NCBI GenBank assembly: GCA_963833095.1
Contig: CAWHWQ010000005.1
Location: forward strand, 256,001 to 320,000
Length of the DNA: 64,000 nt
From: Vulcanimicrobiota bacterium
GTDB taxonomy: Bacteria; Vulcanimicrobiota; Vulcanimicrobiia; Vulcanimicrobiales; Vulcanimicrobiaceae
Reading direction: 5' to 3'
Each line of letters begins with the position of its first letter. Positions within the stretch are counted from its first letter, which is position 1. The position numbers and the translations under genes were made by a program. Shown here one piece after another: positions 21,290 through 32,061 of the stretch. Below the pieces are notes generated by a model that worked only from the letters and a program-made list of their open reading frames with translations, ran no database searches and had not been told where the DNA came from.

Positions 21290-22980
21290 CAGATCCGTTT
21301 GAACATCTTGGCGATGTCGCTCGAAGCCAGGCGCACCATCGTCGGGCGGCCGTGCGGACAGTGCATCGGATTGGCGCACACGGCGAGCCGTTCGACCAAA
21401 CTCGTCATCTCGTCGAAGTCCAAGCGCTCCCCAGCAACGGTGACCGAGTGGCATGCCAGCGACGCCCAGATCCGCTCGCGCACGCTGCGCTGTTTTGGCT
21501 CCTCCGAAAGGTCGTCGAGAAATCCGGCCAGATCGAAGGCACGCGCCCGGTACCCGGCCGGCGTGGCAGTGATGCGGTACGCGCGCTCGCCGAACGGCTC
21601 GATGTCGAGGCCACCCTCGCGAAGCGGTTCGAGTGTCCTATGAAGCGCGACGCTCTGCTGCGCGTCGAGTTCGACCACGATCGGCACGAGCAGCGGTTCG
21701 CTCGGCGCACGTTCGCGGGCACGCTCGACGATCGATTCGTAGGCGATGCGCTCGTGTGCCGCATGCTGATCGAGCAACAAGAGTCCTTCGCCGTCACTTG
21801 CAAGGATGTACGTGCGATGCACCTGCGCAAGGACACGCATGCGATGGCCGGGGACGTCGCTTGCATCGCCAAGCGGCGCTTCGAAGAGCGCCTGCAGGTG
21901 CGGCAACGAGGTATCGATACCCTGCGGCGCGACCGAGAACGGCGTGGCTCCCGTAGAGTCGGCGAAGCGCGCCGTGGCATGATGATGGAGTGTTGCCGCT
22001 ATCGCGCGGCGCACGGCATCGAAGACCTGCGCGCCGTAACGCAACCGAACGTCACTTTTTGTCGGATGCACGTTCGGATCAACGTGTTCGGGCGGAAGAT
22101 CGAGCATCAGCACGCCATACGGTTGACGGCCGATCATCGCAAACGTCGCGTAGCCCGCGGTCCACGCGCCGGCGAGCAGCGTGCTGCGCAGCAATCGTCC
22201 GTTGACAAAAAGCAACTGCATGCGCCGATCGCCGCGGTCGTTCCCCGGCGCGCTAATGAACCCGCGCAGGCTACCGTCGAGCATGCGCGCCGCTTCCGGC
22301 TCGAGCGGAATCAAACCAGCAGCCGCTTCGCGTCCGAAGACCATGGCCAAACGTTCGCGCGGATCGCCGGTCGCAGGCAGCACCCACACGTCTCGGCCGT
22401 CGTGCCGCAGGGTGAACGTGACGTTTGGATAGGCGAGCGCGAAGGTCGAAAGCCAGCTCGAAATACGGGTAAATTCGGCGCTGGCGCCTTTGAGATATTC
22501 GCGGCGAACCGGGACGTTGGCGAAGAGTTCCGTCACGACGGCTCGCGTGCCCGGCGCTGTCGCAACCGGCTCGACCGGCCCCGCAGCCTCGGCGTGCGCG
22601 ATGATACGCGAGCCGATCTGTTCGCCCGCTGTCCGAGAGTGCAACTCCAGATGCGCGACCGCCGCGATTGACGCGAGACCCTCGCCGCGAAACCCGAGCG
22701 TCGCAACCGATTCGAGATCCTCCGCGCGCGTCAGCTTGCTGGTCGCGTGACGACGCGCGGCGAGTTCAAGGTCGCCGGAGGCAATGCCGTTCCCGTCGTC
22801 GATCACCTCGATACGCTCGGTGCCCCCGCGCTCGAGCACGACGGTCACACGCGACGCGCCGGCGTCGACCGCGTTCTCGACCAACTCTTTGACGATCGAT
22901 TGTGGCCGTTCGATAACCTCGCCGGCCGCAATCTGTCCCACCGTCACGGGATCGAGAAGATGGATCGAGGTCGCGTGCAT
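21289..22980 (-). CDS. mutL: DNA mismatch repair protein MutL
   Basis: QIAAGEVIERP, KELVENAVDAG, TLGFRGEGLASI, DQHAAHERI and CPHGRP motifs. Confidence 0.97.
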   Translation of the reverse strand: MHATSIHLLDPVTVGQIAAGEVIERPQSIVKELVENAVDAGASRVTVVLERGGTERIEVIDDGNGIASGDLELAARRHATSKLTRAEDLESVATLGFRGEGLASIAAVAHLELHSRTAGEQIGSRIIAHAEAAGPVEPVATAPGTRAVVTELFANVPVRREYLKGASAEFTRISSWLSTFALAYPNVTFTLRHDGRDVWVLPATGDPRERLAMVFGREAAAGLIPLEPEAARMLDGSLRGFISAPGNDRGDRRMQLLFVNGRLLRSTLLAGAWTAGYATFAMIGRQPYGVLMLDLPPEHVDPNVHPTKSDVRLRYGAQVFDAVRRAIAATLHHHATARFADSTGATPFSVAPQGIDTSLPHLQALFEAPLGDASDVPGHRMRVLAQVHRTYILASDGEGLLLLDQHAAHERIAYESIVERARERAPSEPLLVPIVVELDAQQSVALHRTLEPLREGGLDIEPFGERAYRITATPAGYRARAFDLAGFLDDLSEEPKQRSVRERIWASLACHSVTVAGERLDFDEMTSLVERLAVCANPMHCPHGRPTMVRLASSDIAKMFKRI

Positions 22981-23022
22981 GCCGGGCGTATTCGCCCGGC
23001 ATGCCGATTTCCCGCGTGAGGC

Positions 23023-24183
23023 CTAGATCGGCCCGATCGGAAGCGGCAACCAGATCAGCCCATTCCACGTGGGCTTTTGCTGCTGGTTGAACGCTGCTTC
23101 CACGTAGATGAAGACAAAGCGCATGACGTGATAGGACGCGTCGATGTTGCCGATCTGCAGTTGATTACCCATGCCGTCATTAGTGAATTGCTTGCCGATC
23201 GAAAGCATGCCGCGCTGGCCGATGTTATCGTAGATTTCCAACGATGCGCCGTTGCTCGCGGCGGGCGGCGCACCGCTCCCGGGGTTGCCGTCGTAGGCCA
23301 TTTGATACGTCACCAAAACACCGGGGATATAATGGACCGGATCGCGCTCGACGTAAAGCGTGTTGCTGTAGTACTGATCGAAGCCGCCCTCGGCTAATGG
23401 CCAACTCCCACGTGTGCCGACGTACCCGGCTTCGAGCGGTTTTTTCGGATTCGCAAAAGCGACTTGATATTCCAGCGTCTTGTCGGTATCGCCGCTGTAG
23501 TCATTGAAGCCGGAGATATCGGCAGTCGATGTGAGATAGGCAACCTGACCGTAAAACGAGCCGCGGTCGTACACGAACTTCGAACCCCACCGGTTCGCGT
23601 CGAGTTGATAGGCGTGTTCGCCGACCGTCATCTCGGCTGGCGAGTTGATCGTAAGACCAGTCACGTCGAACCACTGGCTGTACTCCGAGGGCCCCGGTGA
23701 CTCGACTTTTCCGACGAAGAGGTGCCCCGAACGGCCGAGCAGATTGTGATATGCAACCCACGCCGTATCGAGCCCACCCGCCTGATTGCCCTCCCAGAGC
23801 CATTGTTGCACGTGGTAGCTCCAATTGGTAACACCCGGACCGATAGTTCCGTCGGCGTGAATGCCGAGATTGCCGCCTTGCCACTGCGCCGCGTTGGGCG
23901 TTTGTTCGGTATACGTCGTCGAATAGTCGACCCACAACGGGTACTCTTTTTTGAGCACGTGCGGATTGAGCGCAGCATAGCCGGTTCGCTGAATATACCG
24001 TCCGTACGCATTGAGCGCGGGTACTTGTGTGTGACAGACGGAACACTGTACGCCATACGCTTGCGCAAAATTTGGCATCGCCTGTGCCTTAGGCGTGAGC
24101 GCAACGAAAAGCACGGCCAGCGCTACGGCGGCTCGGACGACGAATCGCGCAAATCTATCCCGGAAGCGCAACGGCATATACAT
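23023..24183 (-). CDS. Cyc2-like fused monoheme cytochrome c / outer-membrane beta-barrel
   Basis: Signal peptide followed by AMPNFAQAYGVQCSVCHTQVPALNAYGRYIQRTGY and an aromatic-rich amphipathic beta region. GAGGAG RBS spacing favours the ATG at 24177. Confidence 0.75.
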   Translation of the reverse strand: MYMPLRFRDRFARFVVRAAVALAVLFVALTPKAQAMPNFAQAYGVQCSVCHTQVPALNAYGRYIQRTGYAALNPHVLKKEYPLWVDYSTTYTEQTPNAAQWQGGNLGIHADGTIGPGVTNWSYHVQQWLWEGNQAGGLDTAWVAYHNLLGRSGHLFVGKVESPGPSEYSQWFDVTGLTINSPAEMTVGEHAYQLDANRWGSKFVYDRGSFYGQVAYLTSTADISGFNDYSGDTDKTLEYQVAFANPKKPLEAGYVGTRGSWPLAEGGFDQYYSNTLYVERDPVHYIPGVLVTYQMAYDGNPGSGAPPAASNGASLEIYDNIGQRGMLSIGKQFTNDGMGNQLQIGNIDASYHVMRFVFIYVEAAFNQQQKPTWNGLIWLPLPIGPI

Positions 24184-24293
24184 CTCCTCGAACGTCTAGC
24201 GACCTAAAGCAAGCCTACCCGCGGCATCTTCCGCGAAGACGAAGAACTTGTGAACGATTGAAGAATACACTGGTACGAACTGAGGGTCACACG

Positions 24294-25313
24294 TTGAAAA
24301 GCCGCACCACACTGGTCGTACTCGCGGTCGGCATCTTCGCCGGCTTGACGCTCGCCAATTTTGGAACCAATGCCGCGCGAGGGCAAACCGACGGCAAGTC
24401 CGTCTATCTCGCCAAATGCTCCGCGTGCCATCAAGCAAGTGGTCAAGGCCTCGGTCCGTTTCCGCCCTTGGCCGGTAATCCCGACGTTACCAAAGCCGAC
24501 AGTTCCAATATCGTCGCGACCGTTCTGAACGGACGCACGGGACCGATCACGGTCAACGGCAAGCAGTACGGCGGAAATATGCCGGCATGGCGCGGTCAAC
24601 TCTCCAATGCGCAGATTGCTTCCGTGCTCACCTACATTCGCTCCGCGTGGAGCAATAAAGCACCGGCCGTTTCCGAAGATCAAGTCGCCGCTGCGAGCGC
24701 GCCCAAAGCCTTGAGCGGTGCCGCGTTGTTCGCAACGAAATGCGCGACGTGCCATCAAGCCGCGGGTCAAGGAACCGACGCGTTTCCGCCGCTCGCGGGC
24801 AACCCCGTCGTTACCGCCGCCGACCCCAAGCCGATGATCGCCATTATCGTCAACGGCCGTTCGGGACCACTGACCGTCAACGGTAAGACGTTCAACGGAA
24901 AAATGCCGACCTGGAAGGGGCAGCTCACCAACGCCGACATCGCTGCGGTTGCAAGCTTCGTTCGCTCCGCGTGGGGCAACAACGCTTCGCCCGTGACCGA
25001 GCAAGAAGTCGCCACCGCGGGTGCGCCCGTTTCGCAGGAAGTCGGAGCGTCGGTTTATGCAACGCACTGTGCAACCTGCCATGATGCTAGCGGCAAAGGC
25101 GGCGCGGGCCCCGCGCTCGCAGGTGACACGTTCGTTACCGCATCCGACCCAGCCGTGCTGATCAAGACGATCGAACAAGGACGCAACCTCATGCCATCGT
25201 GGCGAGGCCAGCTCTCCGCAAGCGATATCGCGGCGGTCGCAACGTACATTCGATCGGCGTGGGGTAACAAAGCGAGTCCGGTAACACCGGATGACGTAAC
25301 CGCAATCAAGTAG
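24294..25313 (+). CDS. Periplasmic tri-heme cytochrome c (three tandem class I domains)
   Basis: Signal peptide; CSACH, CATCH and CATCH, each followed by MP[A/T/S]W and YIRSAW/FVRSAW repeats. TTG start at 24294 (ORF open from 24258). Confidence 0.92.
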   Translation: MKSRTTLVVLAVGIFAGLTLANFGTNAARGQTDGKSVYLAKCSACHQASGQGLGPFPPLAGNPDVTKADSSNIVATVLNGRTGPITVNGKQYGGNMPAWRGQLSNAQIASVLTYIRSAWSNKAPAVSEDQVAAASAPKALSGAALFATKCATCHQAAGQGTDAFPPLAGNPVVTAADPKPMIAIIVNGRSGPLTVNGKTFNGKMPTWKGQLTNADIAAVASFVRSAWGNNASPVTEQEVATAGAPVSQEVGASVYATHCATCHDASGKGGAGPALAGDTFVTASDPAVLIKTIEQGRNLMPSWRGQLSASDIAAVATYIRSAWGNKASPVTPDDVTAIK

Positions 25314-25413
25314 TCGGCTCATCCATGGAACCAACCGTAACACCGCGCCCGCCCCCGGCGATATCGTGCTTTCCGGGGATGAAACGGCGTTGGACGTCTC
25401 CGCGGTTCTCTAC

Positions 25414-27923
25414 TTATTCAAGGTTCAGGAAGGACAATTGCTCTTCTGCCTCGCCGGCGCGGGACAGTCGGCGCCGTAGCGGGGCGGTTTGTTCGACGTC
25501 GGGTTGGCCGGAGAGGGCATCCGCGATTTCCTGGGCCCGCTCGACGACTGCCGGCGGCAATCCGGCCATGCGCGCAACCTCGATACCGAAGGAACGCGAG
25601 GAGCTCCCCGGCTGAACGCGATGCGAGAAGACCGGGGCCCCGTCGCGCGCGGTGTTCTCGACCGCGGTAATATGGTAGTTGGCGACCAGCGGCCAGTGGT
25701 CGGCCAGCGCGCACAACTCGTGGAAGTGCGTGGCGAAGAGCGCCATCGGCGCTTGCGCGTCGAGCCCGAGCAAGATACTCGCAGATCGCCTGCGCGATCG
25801 CGAGGCCGTCGATCGTGCCGGTGCCGCGGCCGACCTCATCGATGAGCAGCAGCGAGCGGCGCGTGCTGCGGCGCAAGATGTTCGCCGCTTCGGCCATCTC
25901 CATATAGAAGGTCGATTGTCCCGAAGCCAGATCGTCGCCGGCGCCGATGCGCGTGAAGATGCGGTCGACGATGCCGAGCGCGCATCGCTTTTGCCGGGAC
26001 GTAACGAACCGATCTGCGCCATGATCGTCAGCAGGCCGGCCTGCCGCAGATACGTCGACTTGCCGCCCATGTTCGGGCCGGTCAGTAGAGATGAAGCGGT
26101 GGGTCGCCGGCTCGCAGACGCAAATCGTTGGGAACGAAGTGCGCATGCAGCAGCGCCTCCATGACCGGATGGCGGCCGTCTTCGATCGCGATGGTGCTTT
26201 CGTCGACGAACTGCGGGCGCACGTACCCGCGCTCGGCGGCGCATTGCGCGAGCGCGCCAAAGACATCGAGCTGGGCCACCGCGTCGGCGGCAGCGAGCAA
26301 ATCGTCAGCGCTGGCCGCGACGCGCTCGAGCAGCTCGGCGTAGAGTCGCTCTTCCAGTCGCTGTTGGCGCGACTGCGCGGTCGAGATCGCGGGTTCGAGT
26401 TCTTTGAGCTCCGGCGTGACGTAGCGTTCGCCGTTCGTCAGCGTCTGCTTGCGCACGTAGTCGGCGGGCACGTTAGCGGCCTGCGCTTTGCTGATCTCGA
26501 TCGCGTAGCCGAACGCGCTAGCGTACTTGATCTTGCAGGGACTTGATGCCGGTGCGCTCCCGCTCGCGCTCCTCGAGCTGCCGAGAGGCTCGAGCGCGCG
26601 TCGGTGCGCAAGCGCGACGCATTCGCGCAAGTTCGGCACGGCTTCGGGCCGAATGACGCCGCCGTCGGCGAGCTGCGCCGGCGGTTCGTCGACCAGCGTT
26701 CGCTGCGAGATCGTCATGCAGGTCGCGCAGAAGTCGCCGAGCGTTCGCGACGATCGCGGCGAGCGCCGGGGGCGCGACTTGCGCGCAGGGGACGCAGCAC
26801 GTCGAGCGTGCGCCGCAGCGACGCGAGATCGCGCGGCAGACGCGCGCCGGAAGCGCACCTTCTGTGCGATGCGTTCCAAATCGAAGCATCCGGCGAGCAA
26901 CTCGCGGATCGCTTCGCGACGCGCGTGCTCGTCGAGTAACGCTGCACCGCATCCTGTCGTCCGACGATCGTCGTCGCGATCGACCAGCGGTGCTGAGGAT
27001 CCAGCGCGCCGAGCATCCGCGAGCCCATCGACGTCGCGCAGCGGTCGAGCGTCGCGAGCAGCGTCGCGCGCGGATTCTGGCCTTGTGCCCTGGTCAGTTC
27101 GAGATGCTTGCGCGTCGCGGGATCGAGCGCCAGGAAGTTGCGATGACGATAAAACTGCGGCACCGCGCGCAGGCTCTCACCGTTACCGGCGATCGCCGTA
27201 CGCTTGACGAATCCGCCGAGCGCGTCGAGCGCGCGATGCATCGCCAGCGATTCGTCCGAGTGAGAAGCCGTCGACGACAATGCCGCTCGCGTGCATCCAC
27301 CAGGCCGAGCGGCGGCGCGGCAATGCGCGCGCCACTCGCTTCGAGCGCGCCGCGACATCGCGCGCGCACGCCCGCCGGCACGTCGGCGACGATCTCCGCC
27401 GGGCCGACGCGCGCGAGTTCGGCTAGCACTTCGTCGTACGCGTCCTCGGCCCGACATCGCGGTCGCGGCGCCGTGCCCGGTCGAAACGTCGGCGTAGGCC
27501 AAGGCGAACGCGTCATCGACCGCCGCGACGGCCGCCAGGTAGTTGTGTGCTTTGCCGTCGAGCAACTGCTCTTCGATCAAGCGTGCCGGGCGTGACGATG
27601 CGCACGACGTCGCGCCGCACCAACTTGTTCGGCATCGGGGCTTCGAGCTGTTCGGCGAGCGCGACGATAAAGCGCTGCGCGACGAGCTTGTGCAGGTAGC
27701 CCGCGAGCGCGTGATGCGGCACGCCGGCCATCGCGACGCGCTGGCCGCCGCCGGCTCCTTGCTGGTCAGCGCGATCTGCAGCGCCCGCGCGATCGTCTTC
27801 GGCGTCGTCGCCGTACGCTTCGTAAAAATCGCCGACGCGCGAGAGCAGGATCGCCTCGGGATGCTTAGTTTTCATCCCGAAGTACTGCTCGAGCATCGGC
27901 GAGTACTTGATTGTGTCGGTCAT
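25414..27923 (-). CDS. mutS: DNA mismatch repair protein MutS (many frameshifts)
   Basis: [73 protein letters not shown] and FATHFHEL motifs. Confidence 0.95.
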
Positions 27924-29359
27924 GCCAGGCGCGCTAGCCCGCTGACGAGATCGATCACCGGCGCGGCGACGGCCGTGCCCACATCGTCGAAACGCGCGGC
28001 GCGGCGCGACGATCGTGCCGGTGCAGCCCCACACGTGCGCGCGTCTCGATCGCGATATCGAGCCACGGCTCGCGCGCGTAGAGCGTCTCGTCGTAATCCG
28101 GCGGCATAGGGGCGATCACGGTCACGTTGTCGAGCGTTTTGGCGGCGAGTTTCGCGGGATCTTTTTTCGAGGGACCTTGGATCAGCGCGCGGACGCGTCG
28201 TGCCGATCTTGCGATCGTGATACGCGCGCGTCGCCGCATTCTGCGCGTCGAGCAACCGTGCGAAGCGCGCGCGCGGACACCTCGCCTGGCACTTGCTCCC
28301 AGTGCGCGGCCGGCGTGCCGCGCCGGATGGAATAGATGAACGTGAACGCATTGGCAAACACCTCGTTGGTAACGCAACTCGAGCGTTGCCTCGAAATCGG
28401 CGTCGGTCTCGCCCGGGAACCCGACGATGATATCGGTCGTGATCGCCCAGTCCGGAAGATAGCGCCGAAACAGTGCGAGCCTTTCTTCGAACTGCGCGCG
28501 GCGTGTACTTGCGGTTCATCCGGCGCAGCATCGCGTCGCTGCCCGATTGCAGCGGCAGATGCACGCGCGGATTGAGCTGCGGCACGTGGCGCCAGATCCG
28601 CGATGATCTTTTCGGTAAAATCCTTGGGATGCGGCGAGATGAACGTCAGGCGCTCGAGCCCCGGAATGCGGCGACCGGCTTGCAGAGATCGCCGAAATCG
28701 GCGCCGGTCGCGGGATCGCTCCAGGCGTTGACGGTCTGCCCGACCAGCATGACCTCGCGCGCGCCGCTCGCGATGTGTGTCGCGCACTTCGGCGACGATC
28801 TCGCGCATCGGGCGGTGATCGAAGCGGCCGCGCACGTGCGGCACGATGCAGAACGTGCAGTAGTACGAACAGCCGCGCTGCACGGTGACGAACGCGCGCA
28901 GATGCGAGAACGCGTCGACGACGCGCGTCGGCCGTGCCGCCGATGGCCCGAAACGACGCTTCAGCGCTTCGCATCGTCTTGTTCCGGCGCATCGGCGAAG
29001 TCCGGCTGCCACGCTGCGAGCTGATCGCCGAGCTGCACCAGTTCTTTGCGTGCCGAAGACCGCGTCGACGTGTGGCGCAAGCTTCTGCATGCGATCGCGA
29101 TCTTGTTCGGCCAGGCAGCCCATCACGACCAGGCGCACCGCGGATCGCGCGTCTTTGAGCACCTTGAAGTGCTCCATCCGCCCGTAGGCGCGCCGCTCGG
29201 CGTTGTCGCGCACGGTGCACGTGTTGAGCACGAGCACGTTGGCGTCTTCCGGCCTTGGTCGCGATCTCATAGCCGGCCGAGTTGCGCGCGGTCGGCGATG
29301 TACTGCGAGTCGGCCTCATTCATCTGACAGCCGAACGTTTCGATGTAGATCCTCGCCAT
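27920..29359 (-). CDS. miaB: tRNA methylthiotransferase MiaB (frameshifted)
   Basis: [42 protein letters not shown] and HLPLQSGSD motifs. Confidence 0.94.
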
Positions 29360-29438
29360 ATAGGACCGCGGGGTGGGTTCTAGGGGCGTTACTCCGAATC
29401 ATGGGCCAGTGCAAGAGACTCCGACCCCGGCGGGCACC

Positions 29439-30814
29439 ATGCTCCGCCCGGCAACCGTCGCCATCGTCGGCCGTCCGAACGTCGGAAAGAGCGCCCTCTT
29501 CAACCGCTTGATCGGCCAGCGCCTCGCGATCGTCGAGGACACGCCGGGCGTTACCCGCGACCGGCTTTACGCGCTGTGCGAGTGGCGCGGGCGCACCTTC
29601 AGCATGGTCGACACGGCCGGCATCGATCCGGACGCCGATGCCGCGCACGGCGAAGTCTTCGCCGAAGCAACGCGCCGCCAAGCCGAAGCCGCGGCGCCGA
29701 AGCCGACGTAATCGTGTTCGTCGTCGATGCGCAGGGCGGATTGCATCCGCTCGACGAAGACGTCGCGCAGATTTTGCGCGCAACGCGACGCCGAATCGTA
29801 TTGGTCGCAAATAAATCCGAGTCGCCGAGCGCGCTTGCCTCGGTGCACGGCGAATTTTCGCGTCTGGGATTCGGCGAGCCGGTCGCCGTTTCGGCGATCC
29901 ACGGCGAAGGCACCGGCGATCTGCTCGATCGCGTCGTCGACCTGCTTCCGCCCGACGCGCCGAACGCCGTGCTCGGCGAGCGAGCTCGCGCTCGCGATCA
30001 TCGGCCGTCCGAACGTCGGCAAGAGCTCGCTGCTCAACGCGCTGCTCGGTGAAGAGCGCGCGATCGTCTCCGAGGTTCCCGGAACGACGCGCGACGCGAT
30101 CGACACGCTGCTCCACTGGCAACGATCGCACGATCCGGCTGATCGACACCGCCGGCGTACGCAAGAAACCCGAAGCGCACGGCGCGATCGAATACTACGC
30201 GGCGCTGCGCTCGCTCAAAGCCATCTCGCGCTGCGACATCGCGCTGCTGGTCTTCGATTCGATGGTCGGCGTTACGGCGCAAGACCGTCGTCTCGCCGGC
30301 ATCGCGATCGAAGAGCGCAAAGGCCTGATCATCGTCGGAAACAAGTGGGATCTCGCGCGCGAGCAACAGGGCGAATTCAGCCAGAACGAACTCGCCGACG
30401 TCGATTCACGATCTGATTCCGTTCGCGCGATTCGCGCCGATCACGTTTCTTTCGGCCAAGACGCAAACGCCGCTTGGGCAGCCTGATGCCGCTCGTCGAA
30501 CCGCGTCGCAGAAAATCTCGACCGCCGCATTCCGACCGCGCAGTTGAACGCGTTGATCCGCGACGCGGTGCTCGCGCATCCGCGCGCCCGCGCTCAGCGG
30601 CAAGCTGTTCAAGGTATATTACGCGACCCAGCCGGCGACGCATCCGCCGCTCTTCGTCTTCTCCTGCAACGATCCCGAACTCGTGCAGCCGTCACTACAA
30701 GCGGTTCTTGGAAAACACGATTCGCCAACAGTTCGATTTCGAGGGCGTTCCGCTCACGCTCGAATTTCGGCCGCGACGCGGAGAAGACGAGGCGACGGAC
30801 GCGAGCTACTGTGA
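29439..30814 (+). CDS. der: Ribosome biogenesis GTPase Der/EngA (frameshifted; end approximate)
   Basis: Two G-domains ([12 protein letters not shown] and [12 protein letters not shown]), DTAG and NKWD, plus C-terminal [19 protein letters not shown]. Confidence 0.93.
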
Positions 30815-30827
30815 TTCTCGGCGCATC

Positions 30828-31445
30828 ATGCTGCCGATCGTCGCATTTTTGATTGGTTCGATTCCGTTCGGGTATCTGATCGGACGCTTCGTCTATCGCA
30901 CCGATATGCGCCAACACGGCTCCGGCAATATCGGTGCGATGAACGCGCTGCGCACGCTCGGCAAAAGCGGCGCCGTCGCGGTGCTGTTGCTCGATGCCGC
31001 CAAAGGCGTCGTCCGTCGCCGCGTGCGCGCATCGTACGCGGTATCACGTTCGGCGTCCACACCACGGATCTCTGCAAGCATCGCGGGTGCCTGTGCCGTG
31101 CTCGGACATTGCTTCTCACCTTGGCTGGGGTGGAAAGGCGGCAAGGGCGTTGCGACCGCGTTCGGCGCGATCTTCGCACTCTGTTGGCCGGCTGGGCTGG
31201 TCTGCGTCGGCGCCTGGCTGTTCGGCGCGCTTGTCGTTACACGCTACTCGTCGGTCGGGTCGATGCTCGCCATGATCGTCGCACCGTTCGCGCTGTACGG
31301 TTCTACACGCTCGCCGGCGCAGACGCTCTACGGCGCCTTCATTGCCCTGCTTATCCTGTTGACGCATCGCGAAAACATCGCTCGACTGCGCCCGGGGACC
31401 GAGGGGCCGATCGGCCTGTTTGAGCGCAAGGTCCCTCTCGCCTAG
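30828..31445 (+). CDS. plsY: Glycerol-3-phosphate acyltransferase PlsY (start approximate)
   Basis: LIGSIPFG, GSGNIGAMN, DAAKG, GHCF...GGKGVAT and HRENIARL motifs. Confidence 0.93.
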   Translation: MLPIVAFLIGSIPFGYLIGRFVYRTDMRQHGSGNIGAMNALRTLGKSGAVAVLLLDAAKGVVRRRVRASYAVSRSASTPRISASIAGACAVLGHCFSPWLGWKGGKGVATAFGAIFALCWPAGLVCVGAWLFGALVVTRYSSVGSMLAMIVAPFALYGSTRSPAQTLYGAFIALLILLTHRENIARLRPGTEGPIGLFERKVPLA

Positions 31446-31480
31446 GAACCCTATGCGCGGGACCCGTATAGACGCGGGTC

Positions 31481-32044
31481 ATGATTTCCTCGAACGAACT
31501 CCGCAACGGCGTCACCATCCTCGTCGACGGCAACCTTTGGACCGTCATCGAGTTCCTCCACGTCAAGCCGGGCAAAGGCGCGGCCTTCGTGCGCACGCGC
31601 CTAAAGAACGTGAAAACCGGCACGACCCTCGAGCGCACGTTCCGCGCAGGCGAAAAACTCGAGCGCGCCACCGTGGACAACCGCCAGATGCAGATGCTCT
31701 ACAACGATGCCGACGGATTCCATTTCATGGATCAGGAGTCGTTCGAGAACATCACGATCCAGCGCGAACTGATCGGCGACCCGGCGGATTTCCTCAAAGA
31801 CGGGATGGTCGTCGACGTGCAGCATCACGACGGCGTGCCGATCGGCGTCGATCTTCCGCCGCACGTCGAACTGCGGGTCGTCGAAACCGATCCCGGGTTC
31901 AAAGGGGACACGGCGACCAACACGGGCAAGCCGGCCAAGCTCGAGACCGGCGCGACGGTCAACGTGCCGCTGTTCGTGAATCAGGACGACGTCATTAAGA
32001 TCGACACACGCGATCGCCGCTATATCGGCCGCGTGAACTCGTAG
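31481..32044 (+). CDS. efp: Elongation factor P
   Basis: HVKPGKGAAFVRTRLKN and PGFKGDTA...KPAKLETG motifs. Confidence 0.98.
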   Translation: MISSNELRNGVTILVDGNLWTVIEFLHVKPGKGAAFVRTRLKNVKTGTTLERTFRAGEKLERATVDNRQMQMLYNDADGFHFMDQESFENITIQRELIGDPADFLKDGMVVDVQHHDGVPIGVDLPPHVELRVVETDPGFKGDTATNTGKPAKLETGATVNVPLFVNQDDVIKIDTRDRRYIGRVNS

Positions 32045-32061
32045 TTATCTAAGGAGGCGCC

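Noticed and set aside
21112..22671. Long antisense ORFs (for example 21112..22671, 24204..25343, 14276..15244 and 53432..54463)
   Set aside because: These are shadow ORFs opposite well-supported genes, expected in high-GC DNA, and carry no recognisable motifs.
24390..25310. Repeated DNA segments within the tri-heme cytochrome gene as a repeat array
   Set aside because: They are explained by internal triplication of the cytochrome domain and have no CRISPR-like repeat-spacer periodicity.
30474..31445. Apparent Der-PlsY fusion ORF
   Set aside because: Most likely created by an indel near 30810 in an error-rich region. der and plsY are normally separate adjacent genes.
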